Shown: positions 8,875-16,572 of the stretch, in pieces
Position numbering within the stretch: position 1 is the stretch's first letter
Layout of the letters: every line of letters begins with the position of its first letter
Origin: a virus
Lineage: Duplodnaviria; Caudoviricetes
IMG/VR virus record: IMGVR_UViG_3300014050_000113
Span: 1 to 27,170 of that record
DNA length: 27,170 bases
Direction: 5' to 3' (one strand)
Notes under the pieces: generated by a model
What the model was told of the DNA's origin: nothing
What the model saw: the letters and a program-made list of their open reading frames with translations, nothing else
The model's database searches: none
Position numbers and translations under genes: made by a program

Positions 8875-9849
8875 TTAAGTCATGTTAACCAATCTGCGGG
8901 TAAGCCAAGGGGCAATTTGCATAACCCCTTCTTGGCCTGAGTTATACTCTTTTAATTCGGCGTTGAGAAGAAGAATTGCGCGATCCATATAATATTGCCC
9001 GCGTTCGACATCGGCCTTCTCCTCGGCGTTTAGGGCCATGAGTCCAAGCTTAATAGCCTCAAGAGAATCTGGGTAGATGGGGTCATTATCACTGATAGCC
9101 CAACAATGGCGGCGCTTGAAGATGCCCTGAACGCTATCCCAGTTCTTGTCCACGATATACCTGCGATAGCTTATCACCCTCTCTCCAGACTCATATTTTG
9201 CCAGCGTGGTAGCTCCTGCCGATAGAGTAATGACCCCCGTTGTGGGCGTCTTTTCGACGCTTTCGATAGTCGAGAACGTCTCGGTAGTGGTTTGGGTTCC
9301 GTCTCCAAGGTCAAGACGAATTCCCTCCACTCTTTCTCCATCCACTGTAGAATAAATCTTATTCCCATTTGCATCCTTTCCGCGAATCCAGATGTAGTTT
9401 CCGGCGCACTCTGTTTCGCTACTAGATAGGGTAAGTTGCGAGTTGGAAGGCAAATCCCGAAACGTCACGAATCCCTCTCCCATGTCCTGAACAGGCCCAT
9501 AGTAAGGAAGATCCGACTTCCTGATGCCTCTACCTTGAGGAAGGTATTGATACCATTCACTCTGAACGGCTACGGTTCTATAGCCATTCTTGCCAGCCCT
9601 TAGACAGGTCTCTAAATGGCGTGGGAGGGTAATAAATTTATTCCCAATTGAATCTTCGTAGGCCGTGATAGTGGCCTGTTGAATAGTGCCAGTGAACTTC
9701 CCCTCACTGATAAATCGCTCTAGAACGCGATTGATGTTATTGCGGAGTTCGGCCTGCGCATCAAATCCCGCCAGATCGGGAGGATCGGGGACTGGCAATA
9801 CCGTAGCTGGTAATCTCTCGCAACAAAGTCCAAGCGACAAGGAAGACAT
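8875..9849 (-). CDS. Putative head-to-tail adaptor / tail tubular protein (324 aa)
   Basis: Helical N-terminus (INRVLERF), beta-rich middle (ITLPRHLETCL) and C-terminal helices (EAIKLGLMAL...YYMDRAILLLNAEL) resemble the layout of podovirus adaptors. First gene of the operon that ends in the giant protein. Confidence 0.55.
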   Translation of the reverse strand: MSSLSLGLCCERLPATVLPVPDPPDLAGFDAQAELRNNINRVLERFISEGKFTGTIQQATITAYEDSIGNKFITLPRHLETCLRAGKNGYRTVAVQSEWYQYLPQGRGIRKSDLPYYGPVQDMGEGFVTFRDLPSNSQLTLSSSETECAGNYIWIRGKDANGNKIYSTVDGERVEGIRLDLGDGTQTTTETFSTIESVEKTPTTGVITLSAGATTLAKYESGERVISYRRYIVDKNWDSVQGIFKRRHCWAISDNDPIYPDSLEAIKLGLMALNAEEKADVERGQYYMDRAILLLNAELKEYNSGQEGVMQIAPWLTRRLVNMT

Positions 9850-9860
9850 AAGTGGGCAAA

Positions 9861-9889
9861 ATCCTAGCCCAGTTGTATTTAAGAGTCAA
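9861..9889 (-). promoter_or_regulatory. Sigma70-type promoter for the adaptor/ejection operon
   Basis: TTGACT-17 nt-TAGGAT; the ATG at 9849 lies 11 nt after the -10 hexamer. Confidence 0.75.
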
Positions 9890-10664
9890 ACAACAAATCA
9901 GCAGAAGCATTATTTCCAACCCAAGGTAGGAATTGCCTTAGATCGCTGACTGGCCATTGTCTATTCTTCTGCAATTTCTCCCACCCATCTACGGCGTCTT
10001 CGTATCCACGTTTGTATATACGTTGTTTATACGCCACCTGCTGTGGGGTGACCCATGCCATGTGGAGGACTGGCCCCAACATGGAGGTCGCTTCGTCTCG
10101 CTCGCAAACTCTCCCTCTATTGCCGTTAAATACGGGTGGTTCGTGGCACTCCATCCAGAGGCCAACGCTGTAGCGCCAAGCCCGCAACCACTCATCACTT
10201 CTATTTCCATAACCATTTGTAGATGTTGATATTACGTTAGGCCCAAGCATGTAATCCATCTTGATCTTCAGAGTATTGATATCGGGATTACCCTCAAAGA
10301 CCTGAATAAGATCGGACATCTGTTGTGCCATCCACAACTCATCACTGTCCATCTGAAGCAATACCCCATCCTCCTTAAACGCCGTTAGTCCAGCGTTGAC
10401 CATCTGCGTCTTTCCCTCCCACTCTGGTTTGGAATTGACCGTGATTCGGGGATGGTTGGCTAGGGACTGAAGTAATTGATGGGTTCCATCATGGGACAGA
10501 TGTGGGGATTGCGATGCCATCCATACCGTATCCTTTCTCGGAAGGCTGGCTCCCTCAACTATCGACCAGTGCCAATCTGTATCTCTTAATCGGCAGAGTT
10601 CGGCAAACTGAGCGCCGATCCATGGACTGCCATCAAGAACAATCGTGAATATGTTGAGCTTCAC
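9879..10664 (-). CDS. Glycosyltransferase, GT-A fold / family 2-like (about 261 aa)
   Basis: N-terminal strand FTIVLDG, then WSIVEG, SHDGT and a DxD motif in LLQMDSDELW. Start moved to GTG 10664, which overlaps the upstream TGA (GTGA). Confidence 0.7.
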   Translation of the reverse strand: MKLNIFTIVLDGSPWIGAQFAELCRLRDTDWHWSIVEGASLPRKDTVWMASQSPHLSHDGTHQLLQSLANHPRITVNSKPEWEGKTQMVNAGLTAFKEDGVLLQMDSDELWMAQQMSDLIQVFEGNPDINTLKIKMDYMLGPNVISTSTNGYGNRSDEWLRAWRYSVGLWMECHEPPVFNGNRGRVCERDEATSMLGPVLHMAWVTPQQVAYKQRIYKRGYEDAVDGWEKLQKNRQWPVSDLRQFLPWVGNNASADLLFDS

Positions 10665-10885
10665 AGCCCGTCCCAAAGATCTCCCAAGTTGTAGTTGTCT
10701 AGATACTCCCCGAAGGTTACAGGCTTATTCTCGTTGTAGACGTAGTCAAAGAGATGGTCTTTGACCGCTCCATCCTCAAGTGCCAGTCGCTTGCAAAGAC
10801 CTTCAAAATAGGAATCCTGAACCTTTGAGAGTTCATTGATAAACTCCCTTACCCTGAAGATGTCATCTTCTGGATGCATGCTCAC
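10661..10885 (-). CDS. Hypothetical acidic protein (74 aa)
   Basis: GTGA start/stop overlaps at both ends. Confidence 0.7.
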   Translation of the reverse strand: MSMHPEDDIFRVREFINELSKVQDSYFEGLCKRLALEDGAVKDHLFDYVYNENKPVTFGEYLDNYNLGDLWDGL

Positions 10886-11013
10886 GGTTTAAACTTCCCC
10901 TTCTTAGCCTTCATCTGCTTGTAGACCTTGGGGCTGATGGTTGATTTGGATTTCGGGCGACTAGTGCCAGCTTTTTTCCTTGCATTGATGTTATCGTAGA
11001 GTCCTTTTTTCAT
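10882..11013 (-). CDS. Small Lys-rich phage protein (43 aa, MKKGLYDNINARKKAGTSRPK...)
   Basis: ATG 11013 overlaps the upstream TGA (ATGA). Resembles 'KGLYANI' small basic phage proteins. The track's longer start overlaps the upstream gene. Confidence 0.75.
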   Translation of the reverse strand: MKKGLYDNINARKKAGTSRPKSKSTISPKVYKQMKAKKGKFKP

Positions 11014-11192
11014 TTGTCTTCTAATACTTTTTTGCCGATAGAGTGGACGAATATTTGTCCGAAAAATCCCAGAAAAATAATAGCCCATAAGTTTTTAATT
11101 TCAAGCCCCCAACCATAAATAAGGGTTAAGACTTGCAACGTAATAGCAAATGCAATGACCCCCAACATTGCAACAAATTTAGTAGCGGTCAT
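11010..11192 (-). CDS. Small membrane protein (60 aa, two hydrophobic segments)
   Basis: FVAMLGVIAFAITLQVLTLIYGW and LWAIIFLGFFGQIFV; tightly packed with neighbours. Confidence 0.7.
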   Translation of the reverse strand: MTATKFVAMLGVIAFAITLQVLTLIYGWGLEIKNLWAIIFLGFFGQIFVHSIGKKVLEDK

Positions 11193-11197
11193 GGCAG

Positions 11198-11431
11198 TTA
11201 TTTCTTTTTGACTGATTTAGATCCTTGGCAACCCCATTTTTTTCTCGACAGGGCGTTGGGAGAGTTGCGGTCTTTGCGCCAATCTCCCTTGATCTTGTTG
11301 CTGCGGGCACAGTAGGCATTGGCGCGAGGACTTCCAATAGGCCCGATTTTGCTTCCGCTCTGTCCGTATTTTACGGTTTTCTTGCGACCCGTATCGGGGT
11401 TGGTTACGGTTTTACTGAATTTCTTTTTCAT
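11198..11431 (-). CDS. Small basic phage protein (77 aa, possibly DUF6321-like)
   Basis: KTVKYGQ...AYCARS...NSPNALSRKKWGC pattern recalled from aquatic phages. Family name is tentative. Confidence 0.7.
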   Translation of the reverse strand: MKKKFSKTVTNPDTGRKKTVKYGQSGSKIGPIGSPRANAYCARSNKIKGDWRKDRNSPNALSRKKWGCQGSKSVKKK

Positions 11432-11435
11432 GGTT

Positions 11436-12311
11436 TTATTTTGTTGTTAGGTTCCTTCCGAAATTGCACCACTTTCGCACGTTACAGTAATTTTCGCAAC
11501 GCGCATTTGACCCAGCCCGTTCTTCAACTGCACCACCGATTCTCTTGGCGTGTGCTTCAGCCTCAGATTCAGATTCATAGATCCCTCCAGAAACGGCACG
11601 TTTCGCTCCTTTTTCCTTGAGAACGGCCCACGTTGTGGGTTTTGCCCATCGCTCTTCCTCTGTGCATACCGGTATGCCATCCTCGTTTTCTACCAGCTTT
11701 GCTGCGTTGTGCAAGGCAATCCTAGAGCGAATGTAGGCGAACGTCTCTTCAGGGTTCCAGATGGGTAGCTGAATCTCTTGGATGGCGCATTTAGGATAGT
11801 CAGCCTTGATCTCGGAGTCTCTACGTCTCCAGTCTTTGCAGACGAGGAGAATAGCCAGCTTTTTTGGATAGATCCCGTTGTGCTCACATAGGAGTTTGTT
11901 GACGTTGGCTTGCTTCGTCCAATCCTGATGATCGTCGCTCATCGCCTTGTAGACGCTACTTACCTTGTAGTCCCACAGGGTTTCGGTCTCGCGGTCAAAC
12001 AGGTCGATCTGTCCCCCCAACTTCATCCCATCAATATCCAGATAATACCTCCGTTCAGCTATATATCTTTCGGGGTTGCGAAGGGCGATCTGCTCCAAAA
12101 CCCAATGGTTGGCCGTCCCCATCATTGTCCATACCTTCTCGGAGCAATCCATGGTAATCTCGTCCGCATGGCGTCTCCACAGTTCGGCAATCTTCGGGGG
12201 TTGGGCTAACCCTGTGGTTGTGATGTCTGACTCCCCCTTGCTGTAGGTGTCCCCGCTGACGAGGTCAACGAATGGCTGTGGAAGATTGTAGATATTACTG
12301 ATGCTGGGCAT
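11436..12311 (-). CDS. Cas4-like / RecB-family PD-(D/E)xK exonuclease (291 aa)
   Basis: GTANH, AERR, GQIDL, DYK and QANVN nuclease motifs; C-terminal cysteines PVC...RCENYCNVRKWC. Confidence 0.85.
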   Translation of the reverse strand: MPSISNIYNLPQPFVDLVSGDTYSKGESDITTTGLAQPPKIAELWRRHADEITMDCSEKVWTMMGTANHWVLEQIALRNPERYIAERRYYLDIDGMKLGGQIDLFDRETETLWDYKVSSVYKAMSDDHQDWTKQANVNKLLCEHNGIYPKKLAILLVCKDWRRRDSEIKADYPKCAIQEIQLPIWNPEETFAYIRSRIALHNAAKLVENEDGIPVCTEEERWAKPTTWAVLKEKGAKRAVSGGIYESESEAEAHAKRIGGAVEERAGSNARCENYCNVRKWCNFGRNLTTK

Positions 12312-12351
12312 ATGGGTTTAGACTGTGGTTTTGTTTCGGCGTTCAAAAAAT

Positions 12352-12416
12352 GTGCAGTCTCTCCTGCTGTCACGCCATTGTAGCACACGGTTGCGACCCG
12401 TAATGCTGGCTGACGT
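12352..12416 (-). ncRNA. Candidate structured RNA (long hairpin plus short GA-rich-loop hairpin) upstream of the Cas4-like gene
   Basis: Nested pairings GTCA/TGAC, GCCA/TGGC, GCAT/GTGC and ACGG/CCGT, then A-GCAG-GAGAGA-CTGC. Confidence 0.55.
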
Positions 12417-12429
12417 TGCCAAAGGATTA

Positions 12430-12609
12430 CTACTTGCCCTTCTTCTTTTTCATGCCAGCCATGGACATCGCAATTGCCACTGCTTGGCGACGATTCTTCA
12501 CGATAGGAGCTTTTTTCGGCCCCTTCGGATTGACTCCACCATGGAGCTTTCCAGCGCCGTACTCCTTCATGACCTTACTGATCTTCTTTTGTTGTGCTGA
12601 TTTTTTCAT
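12430..12609 (-). CDS. DUF6496-like small basic protein (59 aa; not in the ORF track)
   Basis: Manual translation MKKSAQQKKISKVMKEYGAGKLHGGVNPKGPKKAPIVKNRRQAVAIAMSMAGMKKKKGK matches the recalled KVM.E...GKLH.G...V..R.QA.AIA.S pattern. ATGA overlap with the upstream stop. Confidence 0.8.
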   Translation of the reverse strand: MKKSAQQKKISKVMKEYGAGKLHGGVNPKGPKKAPIVKNRRQAVAIAMSMAGMKKKKGK

Positions 12610-12854
12610 GCTGCTTTCTTTAGTTGGTTGTTGTTGTTGTTGTTTGCTTGCGGCGTTTTGACGCCCAAGAGTTTACAGAGGTAGCGGATATGGAAGCACT
12701 CTTTGCGGAATTGATAGCCTGAACAAGTGCAGGTGTAGGTGTCTTCCGAGATGTCAACGAGGTGGAAGTCTTCTCTGTTGGTGCGTGACTGGACAAGAAA
12801 TGTGAGCGGATCATGCGGCAAAATTTTGATGCCATATCCATAGTCGTTGCTCAT
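12606..12854 (-). CDS. SWIM-type zinc-finger protein (82 aa)
   Basis: F.VQSRT...HLVD...CTCSGYQFRKECFHI gives CxC-x8-CxH. Confidence 0.8.
   Translation of the reverse strand: MSNDYGYGIKILPHDPLTFLVQSRTNREDFHLVDISEDTYTCTCSGYQFRKECFHIRYLCKLLGVKTPQANNNNNNQLKKAA
12627..12644. repeat. (GTT)6 microsatellite encoding poly-Asn in the SWIM protein tail
   Basis: gttgttgttgttgttgtt seen directly. Confidence 0.8.
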
Positions 12855-13489
12855 TCTTGAGGTTCGGGATTTTTCGGGGACTCAGCCTTGCTCGCGCCCC
12901 AGCCTAGTTGGTCTGGACTGTAGGCACTGACTGGCATCTTAAAGATGTGCCCCTGTCTGTCGGCTTGGATGAACAATGTGGTTGCTATACCCTGACGATG
13001 GGTTTCGGACAGCCCCAATTCAACCGAAATATCGTTGGCCTTCTTGACGCAAAGCCTCATAAGATTTGCGGCCTGACACAGGAATACTTTAGCTGCGCGA
13101 TCCTTGGGTTCGGGAGACTCAATCTCTTGTTGTGGGGAATTCTGTGGAGATTGCGCCACCTCCTTGGGCTTGATCAACTCCGAAGCCTTGATCCCAGCCG
13201 ACTGGATCTCCATGGAGTCAGTTCCCTGTTTGCTGTTGCCGGAAGCAATAAGAACCACCGACTGCCCAATGTGCTGTGAGAACTTATTCGCAATGTCTTT
13301 GTTCTCAGTGAAATACACATGGGCAACACCGTCAACAATCACCTTGATGACGCATAGACTTCCATTTTTGACCCAGCGCGGACCTTCGCTAATAACCACC
13401 AATCGGGGTCTTCCTGACTTGACTAGGTTGTTATGGGATAGAATTGGATCTTTGGGTTGTGTGGATTTATTCATCGATAGAGCAGACAC
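12851..13489 (-). CDS. Hypothetical protein (212 aa; possibly ssDNA-binding or recombination-associated; alternative start ATG 13474)
   Basis: Beta-rich N-terminal domain, Pro/Gln/Glu linker and helical C-terminal domain (IATTLFIQA). Co-transcribed with SWIM and Cas4-like genes. Function is inference. Confidence 0.6.
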   Translation of the reverse strand: MSALSMNKSTQPKDPILSHNNLVKSGRPRLVVISEGPRWVKNGSLCVIKVIVDGVAHVYFTENKDIANKFSQHIGQSVVLIASGNSKQGTDSMEIQSAGIKASELIKPKEVAQSPQNSPQQEIESPEPKDRAAKVFLCQAANLMRLCVKKANDISVELGLSETHRQGIATTLFIQADRQGHIFKMPVSAYSPDQLGWGASKAESPKNPEPQE

Positions 13490-13521
13490 TACAACTCACG
13501 CTTCGTTCAATCTTTTTTTAG

Positions 13522-13559
13522 AAAAAAGCAGGGCCGAGTTTTCAAGGCTCGACCCTGCT
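13522..13559 (-). terminator. Intrinsic terminator
   Basis: AGCAGGGTCGAG-9 nt loop-CTCGGCCCTGCT followed by a T run. The single non-canonical pair is a U-G wobble only on the minus strand. Confidence 0.8.
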
Positions 13560-13602
13560 CCCACACATACACATGAACACAAACGAACATGGAACACTGG
13601 GC

Positions 13603-13630
13603 AATCTATCATGATCACCAACCATTGCAA
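13603..13630 (-). promoter_or_regulatory. Leftward sigma70-type promoter
   Basis: TTGCAA-16 nt-TAGATT with an extended -10 TGn. Confidence 0.6.
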
Positions 13631-13643
13631 GGGGAAAATGCTC

Positions 13644-13672
13644 TTGCCCCGCAACTTTTTTTAGGGTAGGTT
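13644..13672 (+). promoter_or_regulatory. Rightward sigma70-type promoter for the plus-strand cassette
   Basis: TTGCCC-17 nt-TAGGTT; ATG 13684 lies 11 nt later. Same TAGGTTC as the capsid promoter. Confidence 0.6.
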
Positions 13673-13683
13673 CTACTGATCTT

Positions 13684-15642
13684 ATGGCCACTGAGTACCC
13701 TCCTTTGGGAAAATCCTACGTTGTTTCCTACGCGAACAATGACCGCAATTTCGCGATCATCGGGATACGCAAGGATCCAAGGGTAGACAACTATAAGATC
13801 CCTGAAGACCTAAGTCCTCACCCAGACTCTGTTCGCTACCCAAACCATGTCTTCACGGGAGCCAATCCCACCAACAGTGACGAAAGAGTGCTGTGGATCT
13901 ATGAGATCCTCCCCGCTCCTTGGGTTCCGTTTACCCGCTATGATGACGATCTTGGGCCAGTTCAGGGGAGGCGCAGGGCCGTAAAGAATGAGGGACAGAA
14001 GGCAAGCCTTACGGCGTCAACAAAAAGAACTTACGAGGGACGGGATGGTTCGGCTATTGTCCTTAACGAGATTGAGGAGACTTGGTCAATCGCAACAGAC
14101 GATGATGGAAACTCCCTGTTCCCGCTCAAGACTCGCGATTTTTATGATGCTTCTCGCGGTCCAGTTCAAGAGACGCGCCAGATTTTTGTCCCGACAGGAG
14201 AAGAGCAAGGAAGTCTGGAAAACGTCAATGGTACCATTACTCAGATAAGTTACGAGCCGTACAATGAGTATCTTTCAGTCAAGATTGTTCAAACGTATTC
14301 AGTTGATGGCCCGCAGTTAATTGGACAAGCCACTGATGGAGATGGACAGCTTGTAACTGTAACCACCCAGCGCAAGGGTTCTGACGGATATACCCCACCT
14401 CAACCAACAGCCATAAAAACAGTTGAAGTATCACGCGAAGATGCGGAGTCATTGGTTGAACGTATTGTTGATAAACCGCTATTGTTTGATGGAAAGATTT
14501 TGTCGGCATCAAAACCAGATGTAATCCCTGAAAGATTTCGTGCATCCATTCCAAATGAGACAACTGTTGAGATAAAAGAGGGGTCTTCCGTTACAACTCC
14601 ATCGCTGGGCGAAGGAGAGTTTGAAAAAACAGTACAGCGCCAAAATGTCCATTCCGTAAAAGAAACGACCACCTCCAGAAATCCTGTATTCTTAGAAGAT
14701 GAATTGTCCGGTATTGATTATGAAGAACTTTTCGATCTTGGAATTCCATTTGTCGAAAGAATAGCAACAACAATAGAGAGTGGACTTTCGGCAGATATCG
14801 CTCCGCTTGGTGACGGAAAATATCTGGTTAGAGAATACAACAAGGACGAAATAGAACCATCATTAGAATCATTCTATGAAAAGTATCCCACCAGAACAAA
14901 TCTCAACCTGCCAACAATATTAAAATCCATAGAAATTGGATGGGATAAGTCAGAAACAACAGGAGAACAAATAAACGATTCAAGTTACTCTGGAGCATTT
15001 AACTCAATAACCCTTGGCGACAACGGTCAAAATAGTGCAGAAATTTCAGTTACTCCAAAGTTTAATGTACAACTTGAGGAAATAAACGGAACAAATTTGT
15101 TTACAGATACACATTTGTTTTTCTTGAGGGGACCAGTTACAATTGAAAAAATCCTTGATCGATGTGGGGCTTTTGCATCTTGGCCAATATTTAAAACAAA
15201 GAGTTATCTATTTACGTCAAATGGAGCGAAAGTTTCAGCACTTGTTGATGCGTCTTACAGCATGAGAATAGATGCAAATCCTTCTGGAACAATAACAAAT
15301 ACCAACAAACAATTTAGTCAATCAAGATCAATAACTAATGTTGTTTTGAATATACCTCCGTGCATACATGGAAATTTAGTGTGTAAAGACGCAAACAATA
15401 GTAATAGTGAAACTGCTACAGCAACCGCGAGTGTATTTTTAAATATACCATATATTGGATCACTAGGCCCTTATAATAAAACAATTTCCGAAACGGTTAC
15501 TGTTGACATACAGTTGAATCAGACATCTCCGCCAGATATTCCAAGAAGCGGCATCTATTTAATAGACTCAACAATTGACCCATACAAATATGGATTCTTT
15601 CTTGTAAGAGCAGTGACAATTGATGCATCTAATTTTGCTTAA
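13684..15642 (+). CDS. Hypothetical beta-rich protein with degenerate internal repeats, probably virion/tail (652 aa)
   Basis: Long ORF rich in Thr/Val/Glu/Ser; YDDDLGPVQ and YDASRGPVQ repeat; has its own promoter. Confidence 0.6.
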   Translation: MATEYPPLGKSYVVSYANNDRNFAIIGIRKDPRVDNYKIPEDLSPHPDSVRYPNHVFTGANPTNSDERVLWIYEILPAPWVPFTRYDDDLGPVQGRRRAVKNEGQKASLTASTKRTYEGRDGSAIVLNEIEETWSIATDDDGNSLFPLKTRDFYDASRGPVQETRQIFVPTGEEQGSLENVNGTITQISYEPYNEYLSVKIVQTYSVDGPQLIGQATDGDGQLVTVTTQRKGSDGYTPPQPTAIKTVEVSREDAESLVERIVDKPLLFDGKILSASKPDVIPERFRASIPNETTVEIKEGSSVTTPSLGEGEFEKTVQRQNVHSVKETTTSRNPVFLEDELSGIDYEELFDLGIPFVERIATTIESGLSADIAPLGDGKYLVREYNKDEIEPSLESFYEKYPTRTNLNLPTILKSIEIGWDKSETTGEQINDSSYSGAFNSITLGDNGQNSAEISVTPKFNVQLEEINGTNLFTDTHLFFLRGPVTIEKILDRCGAFASWPIFKTKSYLFTSNGAKVSALVDASYSMRIDANPSGTITNTNKQFSQSRSITNVVLNIPPCIHGNLVCKDANNSNSETATATASVFLNIPYIGSLGPYNKTISETVTVDIQLNQTSPPDIPRSGIYLIDSTIDPYKYGFFLVRAVTIDASNFA

Positions 15643-15645
15643 ATT

Positions 15646-16560
15646 ATGTTATCTTCAGACGAGGAGAAGAAAGCTGCAGAGGCCGCCAAGAAAGTAGAAC
15701 GCGAAACATTGGATCGTGGCAAGGCCGTGCTCGGAACGGATAAATATGGGAGGGGTCTCAGCGGACAGGCAGCAGACAACTTATATAGCCTTCAAGAGGA
15801 AGCTGTTCGCGATATTGAACAGAGTCGAAAGGGCGGAATTGTTAGCCAAGAAACGGCGGAATCGCCTGAATACCAAGAGGATCGCAAACAAAGAGCAGAA
15901 CAAAAAAGCACAAATCGTCGTTTAATCCGAGAAATAAACCGAGCTAAAGCTACTGGCAGGGTATCCAGTTGGTTACAGCGGTATTCGGCACAGAAAGAAG
16001 CAGAGTTTAATTCCCAAAACTCCACACTTCAACAAACAACAACTCCAACTGTTTCTGTAACATACTCACCAGCTAATGAAACTCCAAATACAGCGACTGT
16101 TGCAACACAAAAAAAATCAACTACTTCTACTATCAATACTGTCAATTCTACTGCCAATACACCACGCCATCCTTGGCAAGTCAGACTAAGCACTGACGAA
16201 AATGGAAATACACTGTATCTAATTGAATACAACAGCAACCTGTATAAGGGACTGAGTTCATTTGAAAATATTGAAATTACTGGACTCAATTTTCCTGTTG
16301 CAATTAGCGAGGGATACGTTGTCCTTTTTGGAGTAGTAACAGATGGAGAGTGCTCCAATGCATCAATACAATTTCAAACAGTTCCATCGGACAGAATTGA
16401 ATTTATTGACGATGCTCAAAATAGCTTTGCTGTTTTATTGGCCTATCTTTATCAAGACGAAAATGCAACTTGGGTAGTGAGACAAAACGCATTCCACAAT
16501 CTGACACTTGTCGATGTTTGCATTGATGGAAAATCCGCTATTTATCCAATAGCGACCTAA
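15646..16560 (+). CDS. Hypothetical protein, probably virion/tail (304 aa)
   Basis: Starts 3 nt after the previous stop. Charged helical N-terminus, Thr-rich linker, beta-rich C-terminal domain starting at RHPWQV. Confidence 0.6.
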   Translation: MLSSDEEKKAAEAAKKVERETLDRGKAVLGTDKYGRGLSGQAADNLYSLQEEAVRDIEQSRKGGIVSQETAESPEYQEDRKQRAEQKSTNRRLIREINRAKATGRVSSWLQRYSAQKEAEFNSQNSTLQQTTTPTVSVTYSPANETPNTATVATQKKSTTSTINTVNSTANTPRHPWQVRLSTDENGNTLYLIEYNSNLYKGLSSFENIEITGLNFPVAISEGYVVLFGVVTDGECSNASIQFQTVPSDRIEFIDDAQNSFAVLLAYLYQDENATWVVRQNAFHNLTLVDVCIDGKSAIYPIAT

Positions 16561-16572
16561 TCAACCAATGTT

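Noticed and set aside
11436-12311. CRISPR-Cas system suggested by the Cas4-like gene
   Set aside because: No repeat-spacer array or other cas genes seen; solo Cas4-like nucleases are common in phages.
12627-12644. (GTT)6 as a phase-variation switch
   Set aside because: Triplet unit near the C-terminus; slippage would keep the frame.
13573-13614. Plus-strand 13-codon ORF MNTNEHGTLGNLS
   Set aside because: No plus-strand promoter seen upstream, and hairpin wobble and T run favour minus-strand transcription. Not fully excluded.
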